Both the position numbers and the translations under genes were made by a program. DNA of 63,250 nt, the filler included, from Choristocarpus tenellus KU-1152 (taxonomy: Eukaryota > Protista > Phaeophyceae), in assembly GCA_964200185.2 (NCBI GenBank). It is 12 parts of 12 records of this genome, joined end to end, with 100 filler letters (N's around TTAATTAATTAA, not from the genome) between each part and the next. Parts side by side here need not be neighbours in the genome. Positions count along the whole stretch, not along the records: positions 14,136 to 21,664 come from CAXNAD020006011.1; positions 21,765 to 25,340 come from CAXNAD020019154.1; positions 25,441 to 34,044 come from CAXNAD020004538.1; 9 more parts are not named here. One strand, given 5' to 3'. Below the pieces are notes generated by a model. It had not been told where the DNA came from. It did no database searches and saw nothing but the letters and a program-made list of their open reading frames with translations. This document shows, piece by piece, positions 14,136-26,511 of this stretch. Every line of letters begins with the position of its first letter. Positions within the stretch are counted from its first letter, which is position 1.

Positions 14136-16479
14136 ACCCTTTGCTACCCCCACCATTGCTACCTGCGCCTTCACCGCGTATGACGTACGCGTGTGGGATT
14201 GTGTTCACCCCATGTGGCACCTGATAAGCCCTTGTCAAGGACCCACGGTCATCTGCAGAGAGGGGAACGCCCTTGAGAGGGCGGGAATATCCTTCCACAA
14301 AATCACGAAGGTCTTCTTCACTCTCCTGGGATACACCCAAGAACGCCACCCCTGGTTTCCGCGCAGTCACATCGTAGCAATCCCCAGTTCATACATATCC
14401 CCCGGGGCAACAAATTATGATTTTCCAGCACACAAGAGAGTGGACATAATGTGGGGAGACGGAATGAGACGGGGGTCAACCGTAGTGTTGGAGGAGAGGA
14501 CAAGTATGCAAGAGAGGAAAAGGGGTGGGGTATGCTAAAGGAAAGGTTTCATGAGGGGGGTTCAACTTGTTGGCGTGTGTGTTGCATGTTGCAGTTTTGA
14601 TGCGAGTGAGCAGAGTGGCAAAATTCAGAGCAGAGAAGCAGGAAGGATTTTTGGCTGTGGTCACAGGGGAAAGTGGCCACTATGTTGCGGATTTTTCTGT
14701 CTTTAAAATATAGATAGGTGATGGGATGGTAGCAAGGATATGAATGGGAGCGTTTTTGTCAAGACAATGACTATTTACATACATACATATATAAATCCAG
14801 GAAATACCAAAGTGGGACTTTATGAGGGTGTAAACTTGGCCACTGACTGTATACGGATGTCAAAAACAGTAACAGATTATTGCATAGTCAAACCATTCCA
14901 CCAGGAAATATTGGCCCCTATCTATTTCCCTGGACTGTGCGGTGGTATGCATGTAACAGATGAAAGAAAAAAGTCTAACATGTTATGCTATCAATTGTTT
15001 ATCTCACTGCTTTCATATAATCTCAAAAGATAAAACGGGCACAACTGTTGTAGCACTTGCACAATCTTATGTCACAAGTATTTAAACGGTATAGCTCCCC
15101 CCCCCAAGTCGCCAGGACTAGTATGTATCATAGCACCCTCTCCCCATGGCCTTCCTTCCCTACAATGGGGGCAATCAATGTACATTGGATCGAGAATCAT
15201 TGTTCTAAGATAATAGAGGTTTCATTGTGGCATATCTGCCTATTGTTGAGTCTTTCACAAGAAGAAAAGAGGGAACAGAACCGCCCTTTTTCTGCACTCA
15301 CGAAAAAATTAACAGCAGCAAATGACTCTTAAACTGACATTGCAAATATTGTAGGGGTGGGTGTGTACATATTGGGTATTTGCTTCCAAAAATGTGCTAT
15401 TGGGGGACAAAGGGGTTTGTGATACAACTGGTGGAAATATGGATGCGGCTACCTCTACCCCATTTTCATGCACGTCTTTGCACCTCCTAAGCAACTTAAG
15501 TAGGATAAAAGATCTTTAAATAACAAGACATGGCTGTGCAAAAGTGAACGTCTTGCACAATGTTCTATGACGACACATAGCCAATAAGCTCCAGCATTGA
15601 AGTCAGATTTACATTACATGAAAAGCAGATCTAAGAGATTAAGAAATCCATTTACCTCTGAGGCAATGGCATATTCAACACCTTGGGTACCCTAGGGCTG
15701 ATCAGATTTGATCAATAACAAATAGTCCAAGCCTATGCACCTTCCAACACCTCACTGATCTTGTGTGTTGAACAGTTTTAACACAACCACCTCTGTACTG
15801 GATCATGGGCACCAGGCAATGAGATATCAAGAGAATTCAGATGTCGAGTGGACGTTGAGATAAACATTTCATACCGGATCAACTCTTCATAAACGCCGAG
15901 ATGAGCAAAACAAGAGTTATTTATTTCATCCACAAACACGACAATTGTTGGTGTGCAACAAGTCGTAAGACTTACAAGCGAGCTCAAACATATCTAGATG
16001 AAGCACATTACAGGCAACAAGACCAAAAAAGAAGGTGTCGATCACACGAGGAAACTTTGCAATGCCTGCTGGAAGTACAGTCGGGGCATCTGAAGCTTTC
16101 ATTCTGTGATTGCATGGTGAACTACTCTATATTGCCTTGTTGGTATGAGCATATTGGGAGTTGGGCAACATCCTAGCAACAGGTGCATCAGCATTAACCT
16201 ACCTTCTTCCCTATAGCGAGCAGCAGTGGCCAGCAGCCCTGGCAGGAATTTGATACTGTTCGAACACCATGATGCCCAGAAGAAAACCACAACTAGTTCA
16301 CCCTTGGAAGGCCGAGATAGAGGCTGACCAACAACCAGACGTGACCCGAGGTCATCCAAGGGGGAAGCAGGTTGCTTGATTTCCGTTTTAATATCATCGT
16401 TCTCTGTTCCTCCATTGCCTCCCGTGGCAGAGTCTTCTGTCTCTGGGAAGAACCGAGCGTTGCGAATGTAAACGTACAC
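14136..16479 (-). CDS. Thioredoxin-fold (TlpA/ResA-like) protein with WCxxS active site, partial
   Basis: Exons 16479-16203 and 14351-14136 join in phase 1 to give VVVFFWASWCSNSIKFLPGL...RYREE|GVAFLGVSQESEEDLRDFV...GVNTIPHAYVI, including the cis-Pro motif TIP. Confidence 0.8.
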
Positions 16480-18544
16480 CTGGGAGGGATCGAGGGAGGT
16501 TTGGTGGCACGAAAGCGTTCATAGGATGGGACTCCTCGGCAACCAGAACTTAACAACGCAAGGGCTTCTTCATTGATCGATAGAAGCAGTGGTGTAATTC
16601 TCCAGTATTGTCATGGGTGACCCCAACATCGACTCACCATACCAGCTAGTGGGTATCCAATTTCATTGATCCTCCACGTAGATACATTTGTATTGAAGAA
16701 GAAGTTCATACCGAAGCCCACCATTCCCACCAGAAGACTCAGAGAAAAGGCATAGGGGTCCAGAAGGCGGATCATGACAGACTTCGTGTCAGGCGTTGTT
16801 TCACAGTAGGTAAGAAAGGTGAAGTTCTTAAAATCGTTCAAAAAGTTGAGATAGGTTTCAAGAGCTTGCGAGGCTTTACACCTTTGATTCCCTTCTCCGC
16901 TCTCCAACATATTATCTATCATAAATCAAAAACATTTTGGGTAAACTACCAACACTATGATACAATCACCTAATCGACAACACATTTCCACAAACCTCCT
17001 CAACTCCACTATATTTTTCAATCTTCTACCTTCAAGTAGTGTACCGCACACACAGAGAAATAGGTGGTATATGCTGTTGTTGGAGGCGATGGATGAGTCT
17101 CTCAAACGCCAATATGAACATAAAAGTCCTAGAACATACATATTGGAATTGTTCACCTTTTATTTAGTATTTGGTCATGATGCGATCACCGTACTCGTAG
17201 CCTATTGTCCTGCCTGTCTATATTCTCGATCAAACCATATATATGGTCGATAATCAAATTGAGAGATCCACCACATCCAAAGATAAATCCAATTACAATG
17301 AGGTCGTCAAACCTCGCATCATCTACCTTCAGGCTTGAGAGCTGAGGCTGCTACCCCATCTACACAACTAGATGGGTAGACACAGTCTGTACCAATATTT
17401 CGAGAAGTTTATTGTATTATATAATTCTGAGTTGTTCCTTTCTATTATGGAAAGAATAATAGAGAGGACACAACATGGAGTGAGGAGGTAAGATAACCTG
17501 GGACTGAAATTGAAATTTTGCTGGCTTTGAATCAAATACCAATGGCGACTTCTACAGTGATTATCTTAATAGTAGCAATCGCCCAGTCAACCAAAAAAAT
17601 ACTGCTGTGAATCGAAAGAGTTCCCTTCGTGAGTACAGCAAGCTAAACAAAAAATGGGCTCGTGTTGTCAAGAAGTTTGGATTACATTTAAATTCAATCG
17701 ACAGTGTACAAGGTGTGCCGTGTGTACATAACGTCGTATATATATATATATATATATAAATTTTCCGTCCTCTTTCCCCATTGCTGGAAGCACCACCACC
17801 ATCTTCTGTGAAAAAACATCTGTGTGAGGGACAGTTTGTGCCCTTGTTTTGCTCAAGAACGGGGCAGAATGAAGATCATATGAGTGAGGAGTGCAAAGAA
17901 TTCACCATGATTTCAAGATTAATATTATGCTTGTATTGCTAAAAGGAAGGTAATTGGTCTTCAGAGGCAAGCACTATATCTATCTGCAGTAGTCTGCCCC
18001 TATCCAGGATGAACGGGATTCTTCCACTGAGGGTGTAAGGGGTGATAATCAATAGTGCGGTAGTATATTACTAATTTCATACATGTCCTCGACGTATAAT
18101 TCTACGTGTATAGTACAGCTGATATTGTTAGAAAGGTTACAAACAATAGAAAATGCACAACAGACACAACAACGATCAGAGCGATAGCAGAAGTCTTTTT
18201 TATTTAAAACTCACAGAACAATAACGAACAAAGTAATCTACACAAGGGCATATGCTTAGTAAAATACCGAAACACCATTGAAGTGTCAAGAAAGAAGAAA
18301 CAAATGGTAAATATATGTAACACAGTTGAGTTATATGAAACAAGAGACAAATGATGTATCTATGCATATTTTTATCATTATGCCCTCCGACATTTTCCAG
18401 ATATGTCAGTGAAGAAGCGAATGAAAAGTCATTCCAATGTCAGAACCCCTGAAAAGTAACAGTTGTGGCAAATGTGAAAGATATTTTCTATAATTTACTA
18501 TTTTACTGTCAGCTATGCTACACCACTGCCCTCCTGTGCCTCCA

Positions 18545-18700
18545 GCCTAGCTTAGTCCTGCACCCCAGGGAACGCATCCCAAGAATCTAACAAGCCCCTC
18601 CTTGCTGCCTCTCTGGAATCTCCAGGTTAAAACGCATGGCAGGTCTTGATAGAGCAACTTGTGTTGTGACCGACACATGATGTATACATTGTTTTGCCCT
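18545..18700 (-). mobile_element. 3' tip of a CRE-like non-LTR retrotransposon
   Basis: VSVTTQVALSRPAMRFNLE plus the tail ttagattcttgggatgcgttccct, homologous to 26670-26790 and 39930-40040. Confidence 0.65.
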
Positions 18701-19773
18701 CTGAAACTTTGCAGATGTGTCAGGGGAAAAGTCAAAAGTCAATATCATAAGAACATGTGTATGTCCTATTAGACTGCTACTTGCACTGTAAAAGAATATC
18801 GACAATAATAGGAAAATTAAATAGGGCTAAACACACACTGCTGATGTGACTGGATTCCTCGGACACCATTCTTATCAGATGGTAGCTGCGTTGGCATTCT
18901 AGGCAGTCTCCCATGCATATCAACCACCTTCAGAAACATGCTACACACAGAGGCAAGGATCTGGACATCGTCAAGGTCCATTTTGTTTCTCTTTGCTATT
19001 AACGTATACTCTCAGGTGAAAACACACATACCCTCTGAGTTCTGCCTGAGGAAGAGAGGATGTCCAAAACACAATGGGTAGGTTTGGTCCAAGCATGGGA
19101 GGGATGGTGCCCTTTCTCACCACTACTTCATTGAGCAGTTCATTGTAGTAGAGTCGCCTCCATTTGAAGGTACACCACCTTCTTAAAGGAACCAACTTCC
19201 ACTAAAAAAGCTGACTGCTCATGCTGTATTCCTTTATCGTGACCATCAGCAACTCAAGGACAACCAACCCAACAACATAGTAGGTAGATGTATGAGTTTG
19301 TGGATGGTACAACAGAACAACTTTTTATGTGGAGTTAAAGCAGTTGCACATGCATTTGGTGAGTGAGTGTAGTTACTTCCTTTTCATCACGAGAAACGGA
19401 TTTATGTTTAGAGTGTCTGGTATATCATCCTCACACTAACATCACACATATTTGAAATAGTTGGACTCTGTTGTGATCTACTCCAAAATTTAATACTGGA
19501 TACTAGACACTGGACGCTGGCTCTTACCGATAATGATGACTTATTACTTCTCTGATAATGTTTCCTTATTATTTATGGTATTTTGTTTGAGTGCTTAGAG
19601 TTCTGGCTATATAGTGTAGAAGGAATATAATCTACCAAGAACTTCAAAAGTTCAGTACCAACCACGCTGGCTCTTTACAAATCATCATCTCATAATACAC
19701 TCTTCAGTCATTTCCAGTTAGTACAGTATCATACCCTAGCCATCTTGCCATCCACTGTCGCACTTCTCGTCCC

Positions 19774-21240
19774 ATGTCTAGCAGTAGCTCTGTAAGAGTT
19801 GAGAAAGATGCATTCGGGCCGCTTGATGTCGATGCGTCAAGGTACTGGGGGGCCCAGACCCAGCGAAGTCTTCAAAACTTCCCGATTGGGGGTGTGGAAT
19901 CGCGCATGCCCATGGAGATCATCAAGGGTGAGGATTCAGCAATCATCTCGCTATCTTTCTAGGTCTAGGAACTTTTCTTCCTGTCTCTTCTCCTCCTCTC
20001 GCCATTGACCCCCAGTAATTGCTGTTCTAGTCGCAGCATGCATAACCATGGAACCTTGCACCATTTCGGTGTCTCTACCCAACAATCCACGATACACAAT
20101 TCTGTTTTTTCCTCCATCTAACAGCGTTTGGAGTACTGAAGAAGTGTGCCGCCCAATACAATATTGGGAAGGGAAAGCTGGAAAATTCTGTAGGAGAGGC
20201 AATCGTTGGTGCGGCTGACGAGGCAAGTTTGTGCAATACGTCAAGAGGTACTGATTTGAATAGAAGTACGATGAAGGTTTGAGGAGGTAGAGGATATTTT
20301 GGTTATCTTGCTATTGAAATGTTGTACGTGTGATATGAAGCAGTGAACCTACGCCGTTATGACTGCCACAGATCATTGCTGGAAAACTTGACGATCACTT
20401 CCCATTAGTGGTATTCCAGACTGGCAGCGGCACGCAGACCAACATGAACTGCAACGAAGTAATCTCCAACAGGTACCTAGCAATCTCTCCCCTCTGAGTA
20501 AGGGGTTAGGTGGGGTTTGATACCGAGGAAAAGAGATGTTAAGAGTACGGAAAGCGTGCTTTTTGTTAGTTTAGAGGAAATGCTGGAAGATTCACATCCA
20601 CCTTGTACGCTTTCCAGGCATCGTTCTCTTTAATTTTTTTATCACCCCCTGACATCTTCAGATGGTACCAGATGTAGATGATAACGACCATACATATGGT
20701 ATGAGAACTTGAAATGCAATTTATTGGAATACAATGGCACTCCCCCGAACCTGCCTATTCTCCTTTCTTGACACGCAACCCCTCTGCACCCACCTTCCTA
20801 TTTACCAAGTCTGCTTTAGCTACCCTTATCAAGCACGTTCATTGGTAGGCAAAGGGACATCTGTCTCAATTTTATTTTGCAGGATCTAGCCCTGGAACTG
20901 TACTCACAATGAGTCACTCTATAAGAAGGATATATTTCTTCCAGATAGGGAGGATCATCCAATCCCCTTTTTTATGTGTTGCTTTGAGCTCACCAACCAC
21001 ATATTACTTCTACCTTGAACTTCTCGACTCTTTGTAGTGCTACCTTGCTGTTTCACCCTCTCCCCCTTCATCTTTTATCTCAACAACACCTGTCTCTCTC
21101 TCTCTCCTGACAGGGCGATTGAGATCCTAGGAGGAAAAATGGGGAGCAAGACACCTGTGCACCCCAATGACCATGTGAACATGGGTCAGTCCTCTAATGA
21201 CAGCTTCCCAACAGCCATGCACATTGCCTCTGCAGTGCAG
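19774..21240 (+). CDS. fumC: Fumarate hydratase class II, 5' part only (remainder beyond contig end)
   Basis: Exons 19774-19927, 20125-20222, 20372-20472 and 21114-21240 join in phase: RVEKDAFG...[65 protein letters not shown]. Confidence 0.97.
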
Positions 21241-22819
21241 GCAAGTATGCTAGACCTCTGAAGTGATTGCAGACTCTGGGTGGTCCCTTTGTTACTACTG
21301 GGCAACACATGACAGCCGATGGCTGGATTCTATCCAGCATGCCCGTCTTGGTATAGTATAACAGAATATGATATGTTTTCAAGACGCTCATATTCAGGCC
21401 ACACTTCTCACGGCATCAGCCAGTTTCATGAAGTAATGGCTGCAGCAATTTGACCTGTACATTCAATCAAGTTTGCCCTGGACCGGTTTAATGCTGGCCT
21501 GTGTATGTATATCAGAAGCAATGTGTAACTTTGCTGCAGTTTGTGCACCATGTTCGCTGATGCTATTGTAGTGTGTTGACATGATCAAATAGCACTTATC
21601 AAGCACAGGTGCCGAATGAGGGGGGGGGGGGAGGATTTTCCGTGTACACACAAACCCTAATGTGNNNNNNNNNNNNNNNNNNNNNNNNNNNNNNNNNNNN
21701 NNNNNNNNTTAATTAATTAANNNNNNNNNNNNNNNNNNNNNNNNNNNNNNNNNNNNNNNNNNNNCCCCACCCCCAGATACTTTGGATCTAAAATTTATTT
21801 CTCGAGTCATGCATCACTCCTAGTAGCACCATACATACTCACAAATGTGTCCTAACATAATTCGCTCTCTGCCAGTATATGCTTCCTCATGTACAACCGT
21901 AAAATATGTCAATGCCATTTCCTACCCATTTCAACAATATTGAACACCTGTAATATATTCATATTCCGGAGTACGATGTGTTACCTATCACATGAAATTC
22001 TATTTTCCAATAGTAAGATTGGATGAGACCTTGCCCCCAGCATTCATCTCATCTATATTTTTTCCTATTTCAGCATATAAGAAAAAATATGAAATTATTA
22101 CACTCATACGTCTCATTGCCCATCTCGGAATTCTATCCTACCTCACCCCTTCACTCCATATACGTTGCTTCCATGACAAGGGAGGGACACCTCTACTTGG
22201 AGCGAGAAGTGATGAAATGGCTCAACCCAAAACACGTGAAAGATTCAAGGCATGCATGGGACTGTGCAATTAGTTGTAGTACAACACGTAGTTCGTGGGG
22301 TAGAAGAAATAGTGCCGTGTAAACTGTCACCTAACCACAGGTCAAAGGGCTAAGTAGGAAAGAGGTAGTGCAGAGGTTTCAGACTGAAAATGAACAAGAA
22401 ATTACAAAAAAAATGTATTTTTCAATATCTTATTTTGAACCAACATGAATGAGAGGTTAACGAGATGTAGTCAGCTTTTGGCCGTTTTGCATTATAAGTC
22501 AGTTTCTCAATCTCTTTTAAGTTACCAATATTTCTATGGAGAAGTGCTAAGTTTGGCTTGAGAGGGTTGATTTCCCAATGTTCATAACTTTTTGACAGAA
22601 CCCAGAAATTTGCACATGTACTTGGAAGAATTCTCGTGAAATACTTCGACTATTCATCACTGATAGCCTCCGAACCCTACCATGCGACGAAAGTTCTGGG
22701 TATGATTGGGGTTAGAGGCTACGTACGTTCACAATATTTTGTAGGGAACTAGTTTTTAGAAGATGACCGTAACTTTCAAGTGTTATGAAATTTCCCATTT
22801 CAAGTTCGAAACCATAGTG

Positions 22820-23310
22820 AAAAACATTATGGCCTCGGTAGACCCTCAGGGTAGCACTCAAAGGTTTGATGATTTCATATAGGAATTATCCAATTGAAGC
22901 GGCCAATACGCATTTGTCACAGCCAACCAAAATGATACAAGAGCAGCATTGTACAAGGACAAGACTCACAGTGGTTTGGGTAGCATTGCAGATGCGCGTG
23001 CCATGGTTGCTAGCATGTCACACCCTTTCACTGCCTCAGTCAAAACCCCAATCGTTAGGCAGGAACTAGGACTATCTCGCCAGAACAGGACATCCTTGCA
23101 CGATGAGGTATCAAGCCAAACCCTCGCACCGATGCTTCAATCCGTTTTAACCCAGAACTCCTCACCTGCTGGCTATGCTGCTGTAAACAAACAACCTGCT
23201 CCAGGTTCCTGCGAAATACGGATCTTGTTCATTCGAAAAAGCAATGCATCAAAACCCGTTCGACCAGTCACATCCGTTTCCCAGTCTGTGCTTCGATCCC
23301 CACTTGATGT
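22820..23310 (+). repeat. Dispersed repeat with degenerate coding potential; second copy at 40308-40817
   Basis: Colinear similarity, e.g. ggaactaggactatctcgccagaacaggacatcc vs ggaactaggactacctcgccagaacaggacgtcc. Both copies translate to D ARxM..MSHPF...PIV.xELGL.RQNRTS.HDEVSSQT. Confidence 0.8.
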
Positions 23311-24752
23311 AGCCACAGACAGGGTGAGCGATAGAAGTCGACACCATTCGGGCAAAGACCTACCTTCATCACTCAATCCACTGAGGAATGTCCAGGAAAG
23401 GGTCGAAATAGATGGAAGCTCAAACGGGCTACAGCACACTGCTCCTTCGTCACATGGTCCCCATTAACCACACTGAAAATGGCTTGAATTTGTCCGTCAC
23501 CTTTGGGCGGCAATTCTTGTTTATTTCATTTTGCACATATAGTGGTAAGGTGGTAACAGTAGCTTCGCCTCAGCTGGCAATCGTAGTTGTTTTCAACGGA
23601 ATGCCACAACAGTTATACAACAATGTACATATGAAATGAAAGGATGTCACAAGAGCTTTTGAAGCTTTGTATCCAAGAAGGTCCAGGCTTCAGGGAACGG
23701 GAGCTATATGTCCCGATCAAAGAATGGCTAAAAACGCCGGGGAATATCTCTGGCACAATTTTGAAGGTCACAACTTCAAAACGGACAAAAATGAAGCGGT
23801 TGGCTGAACGCCTTACAAAACCTGGTCCGGACTACGTCGCTGCCCAAGTTTGGTCGACGTGGCAATACCGAAAAAAAACCCCAAGATGTCCAGACATCTT
23901 TTTAACGCTTTTTGCAGACTTTCTGTGAGCACACACACACGTGACGCACACAGCAACGTGAACCACGACAGTGAGACAAGGAGAGCCGCTGAGGCCAATC
24001 TTCCCCCTGGATCTACCCTCAGCATCTTCTCTGTCGAGAGGCGACAGAAATGCAAGTAACGTGTGACACTCAGTGTTATGTTAGGTGACAAGAAAGTGCG
24101 AGTAGTGTGCCGCAGCAGCATAACCAAATTGCCCAATGGATCACGCGGCTGCGAAGCTGACGCTGAGAGAAGATGCATTGAAAGCATTACCACACAAACG
24201 TGATTGGATCTTCAACCACGTCGGAGCACTGCTCTACAGTCTCACCACCTCTAGTGTTATACCCATGTCAACATCCAGTTGCGGTCTGGGGCATGGATAA
24301 CCTCCAGATGCAGAATCGTCTCCATCCTCGTCCTGTATTTCGTCCCTCACCCCATTAGTAACAGGTGCCACTCCCCGATCCGTCCTCTTCTCTGCCATGT
24401 CTGTGTCCGAGCCTCTGTTTTGAAGAACAGAGGCAAAATATTCCTGAGAGACACCGACAGGGATCCTTCACGTCCATCCTTTCCACGAACCACTTCACTT
24501 CGTATGGCCTAACTTCCTACGGCCCGTCCTACATCTGTTGTTGGGTCGGTCTTCATGATTTTTGACCTCTTTCGCTGAACACTTTCCCTTGTCAGAGGAA
24601 ACGGACAATTTCCAGACAACCCTAGCACTCGGTCCGTCCTCGTTGGAACCGTCTATCTCCCGCCCCCCTTTGACCAGAAAGTCATCGTCCGTGCTTGTGT
24701 CTACTGTGTCGATGATTGGAAACATTCTCGAATCCTTCGTGCCAGACATACA

Positions 24753-25004
24753 GACCCAAAGTATCTTAGAGGGTAGATCCGCGTCTATTTGGGGGCCACA
24801 ATCCAATGTTACGATTTTGACGTATTTGGCTATCGTATTTGTTAGGAAGTCTCTATATCCTTGTTCCAGACACACCTTTTCATAACGTATACATTTTACC
24901 TACTCGAAATATTTTGGAGTAGGAAAATGCCGTTAAAAAAAACATGGGAAGTCAAGCACCAAACGGACAGACAGGGCAAGCCTCGTACGCTCTAAGATAC
25001 TTTC
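24753..25004 (+). mobile_element. MITE family A copy
   Basis: gacccaaagtatcttagagggta...tacgctctaagatactttca, with the internal hairpin acattttacctactc...gagtaggaaaatg. Confidence 0.9.
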
Positions 25005-25890
25005 AGAGACACTCGAAGAGTGCGAGGCATTTCCCATATATCAGCGTTATCAGGTTGGTCAGAAGAGTCGAAAACGCTTCCACCAGATCGATTGCCGTTG
25101 TGAGGAGAGTTGTCTTCTGATCGTGCGGTTACCAGGTCGTCATTAGAGGGGTGCCTCCTGTAAAAACATAGGCTACTCATTTGTTTCTTGTTGATATGAT
25201 ACACATCTACCAGCTTGTACTGACTGTTGATCGGTGCACTGCACTGGTTGTTAGTGTTCATTTATTTATTGCGCATTCCAACCCATCATCAAGTCGATGA
25301 CAGTAGATAGAAGTATAGCATCAGTTGATATTCAGTTGATNNNNNNNNNNNNNNNNNNNNNNNNNNNNNNNNNNNNNNNNNNNNTTAATTAATTAANNNN
25401 NNNNNNNNNNNNNNNNNNNNNNNNNNNNNNNNNNNNNNNNCACAAGATCACCCGCCTCCTGAACAGGACCCGCCTTGACTCTTTTCGGACTCGATTGTCT
25501 GGCCTAACCAAGGGAGCAGAACAAGGGAAGGAAAGTTCCTCGCTAGCCCTTGGCCCGCCACCAGAGCCAGTGTGGACAAGGGGCAAATGCATGGCTCCCC
25601 ACACTACAATCGCTGGAACCAGCATGCCAGATCCTTGCCATAGATTTTAGACTTACCACCAGCAGATCCCTAGGGAGGGAGGAGGCCCTATCCAAACAGG
25701 TTCCCAGTGACTGGTTGCAGGAGGCAAAAGGTTGACACTAGACATGCTTGTACCTGCCCTTGGGCAGGGGGAAAGGTCCGCTAACACACACCAATGGTCA
25801 AACGTCTAGGTCAACTCTGCAAAGGAATGGACATCCCTTACACTATGGAGGATGGTAGCCCAATCACAGTGGACTGGAATTTCCACATAG

Positions 25891-26057
25891 GGCTCAAAGT
25901 ATATGGGGGGGGGGTGGTGGCTGTCCATTTGGGGTCAATTTTTTCCATGTTACAATTTTTGGGTTTTTTGGTTGCATACGTTGGATGGATAATGTAAGTG
26001 CACATTTCCTGGTTATGAACCAAATGGACACCCTGGTGTAGACCCCCCCCGCCCCAG
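25891..26057 (+). mobile_element. MITE family B copy nested in the LINE (right TIR lost)
   Basis: ggctcaaagtatatggggggg...ccaaatggacaccctggtgtagacccccc, homologous to 36661-36844. Confidence 0.8.
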
Positions 26058-26262
26058 TTACGTTGGGTTATAGACCTGGTCTTCCATGCTGGGCCACTTG
26101 TGGACGCCGGAAAACCCCATACCGGGATATAGGTCTCCACTTGGATGTTACGTTTCCAGAAATGCAAGCAGCCTCCCATCCGCCACACTTATCCACCAGT
26201 AATGGTGAAGCTGCTGCTGTAGCTTAGGTGCGAAAGCGCACCCACTATGAGGATTCCTTAGA

Positions 26263-26511
26263 GATCCAAAGCATTTATGAGGGTAGGAGTTATGCCCTGC
26301 TTGTCCAATCAGGGCATTCCTTCCCAAGGTTCTTATGTCCTTTTTTTTCTGTGAAAACAGTTACCTAAATGTATACAACTATGAATGGTGTGTCTGGAGC
26401 AAGGATATTGACACTTACTAACAAACACAATAGCAGAAACGAATCAAACCCGCAACATAGGATTAATGATCTCGGATGGATACGGCCTTACCCTCCTACA
26501 TGCTTTCACCT
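26263..26511 (-). mobile_element. Diverged MITE family A copy nested in the LINE
   Basis: Splits the LINE at cactatgaggattcctt|ttgaccttcg. The uninterrupted site is visible at 39748-39772 (cactatgagggctcttttgacccttg). Confidence 0.75.

Noticed and set aside
16611-17156. RLGDCII...SRCWGHP, reminiscent of the mononegavirus L-protein GHP motif (possible endogenous viral element)
   Set aside because: Only two short motifs, a stop immediately after WGHP, and no downstream polymerase motifs. A profile search would be needed to support it.
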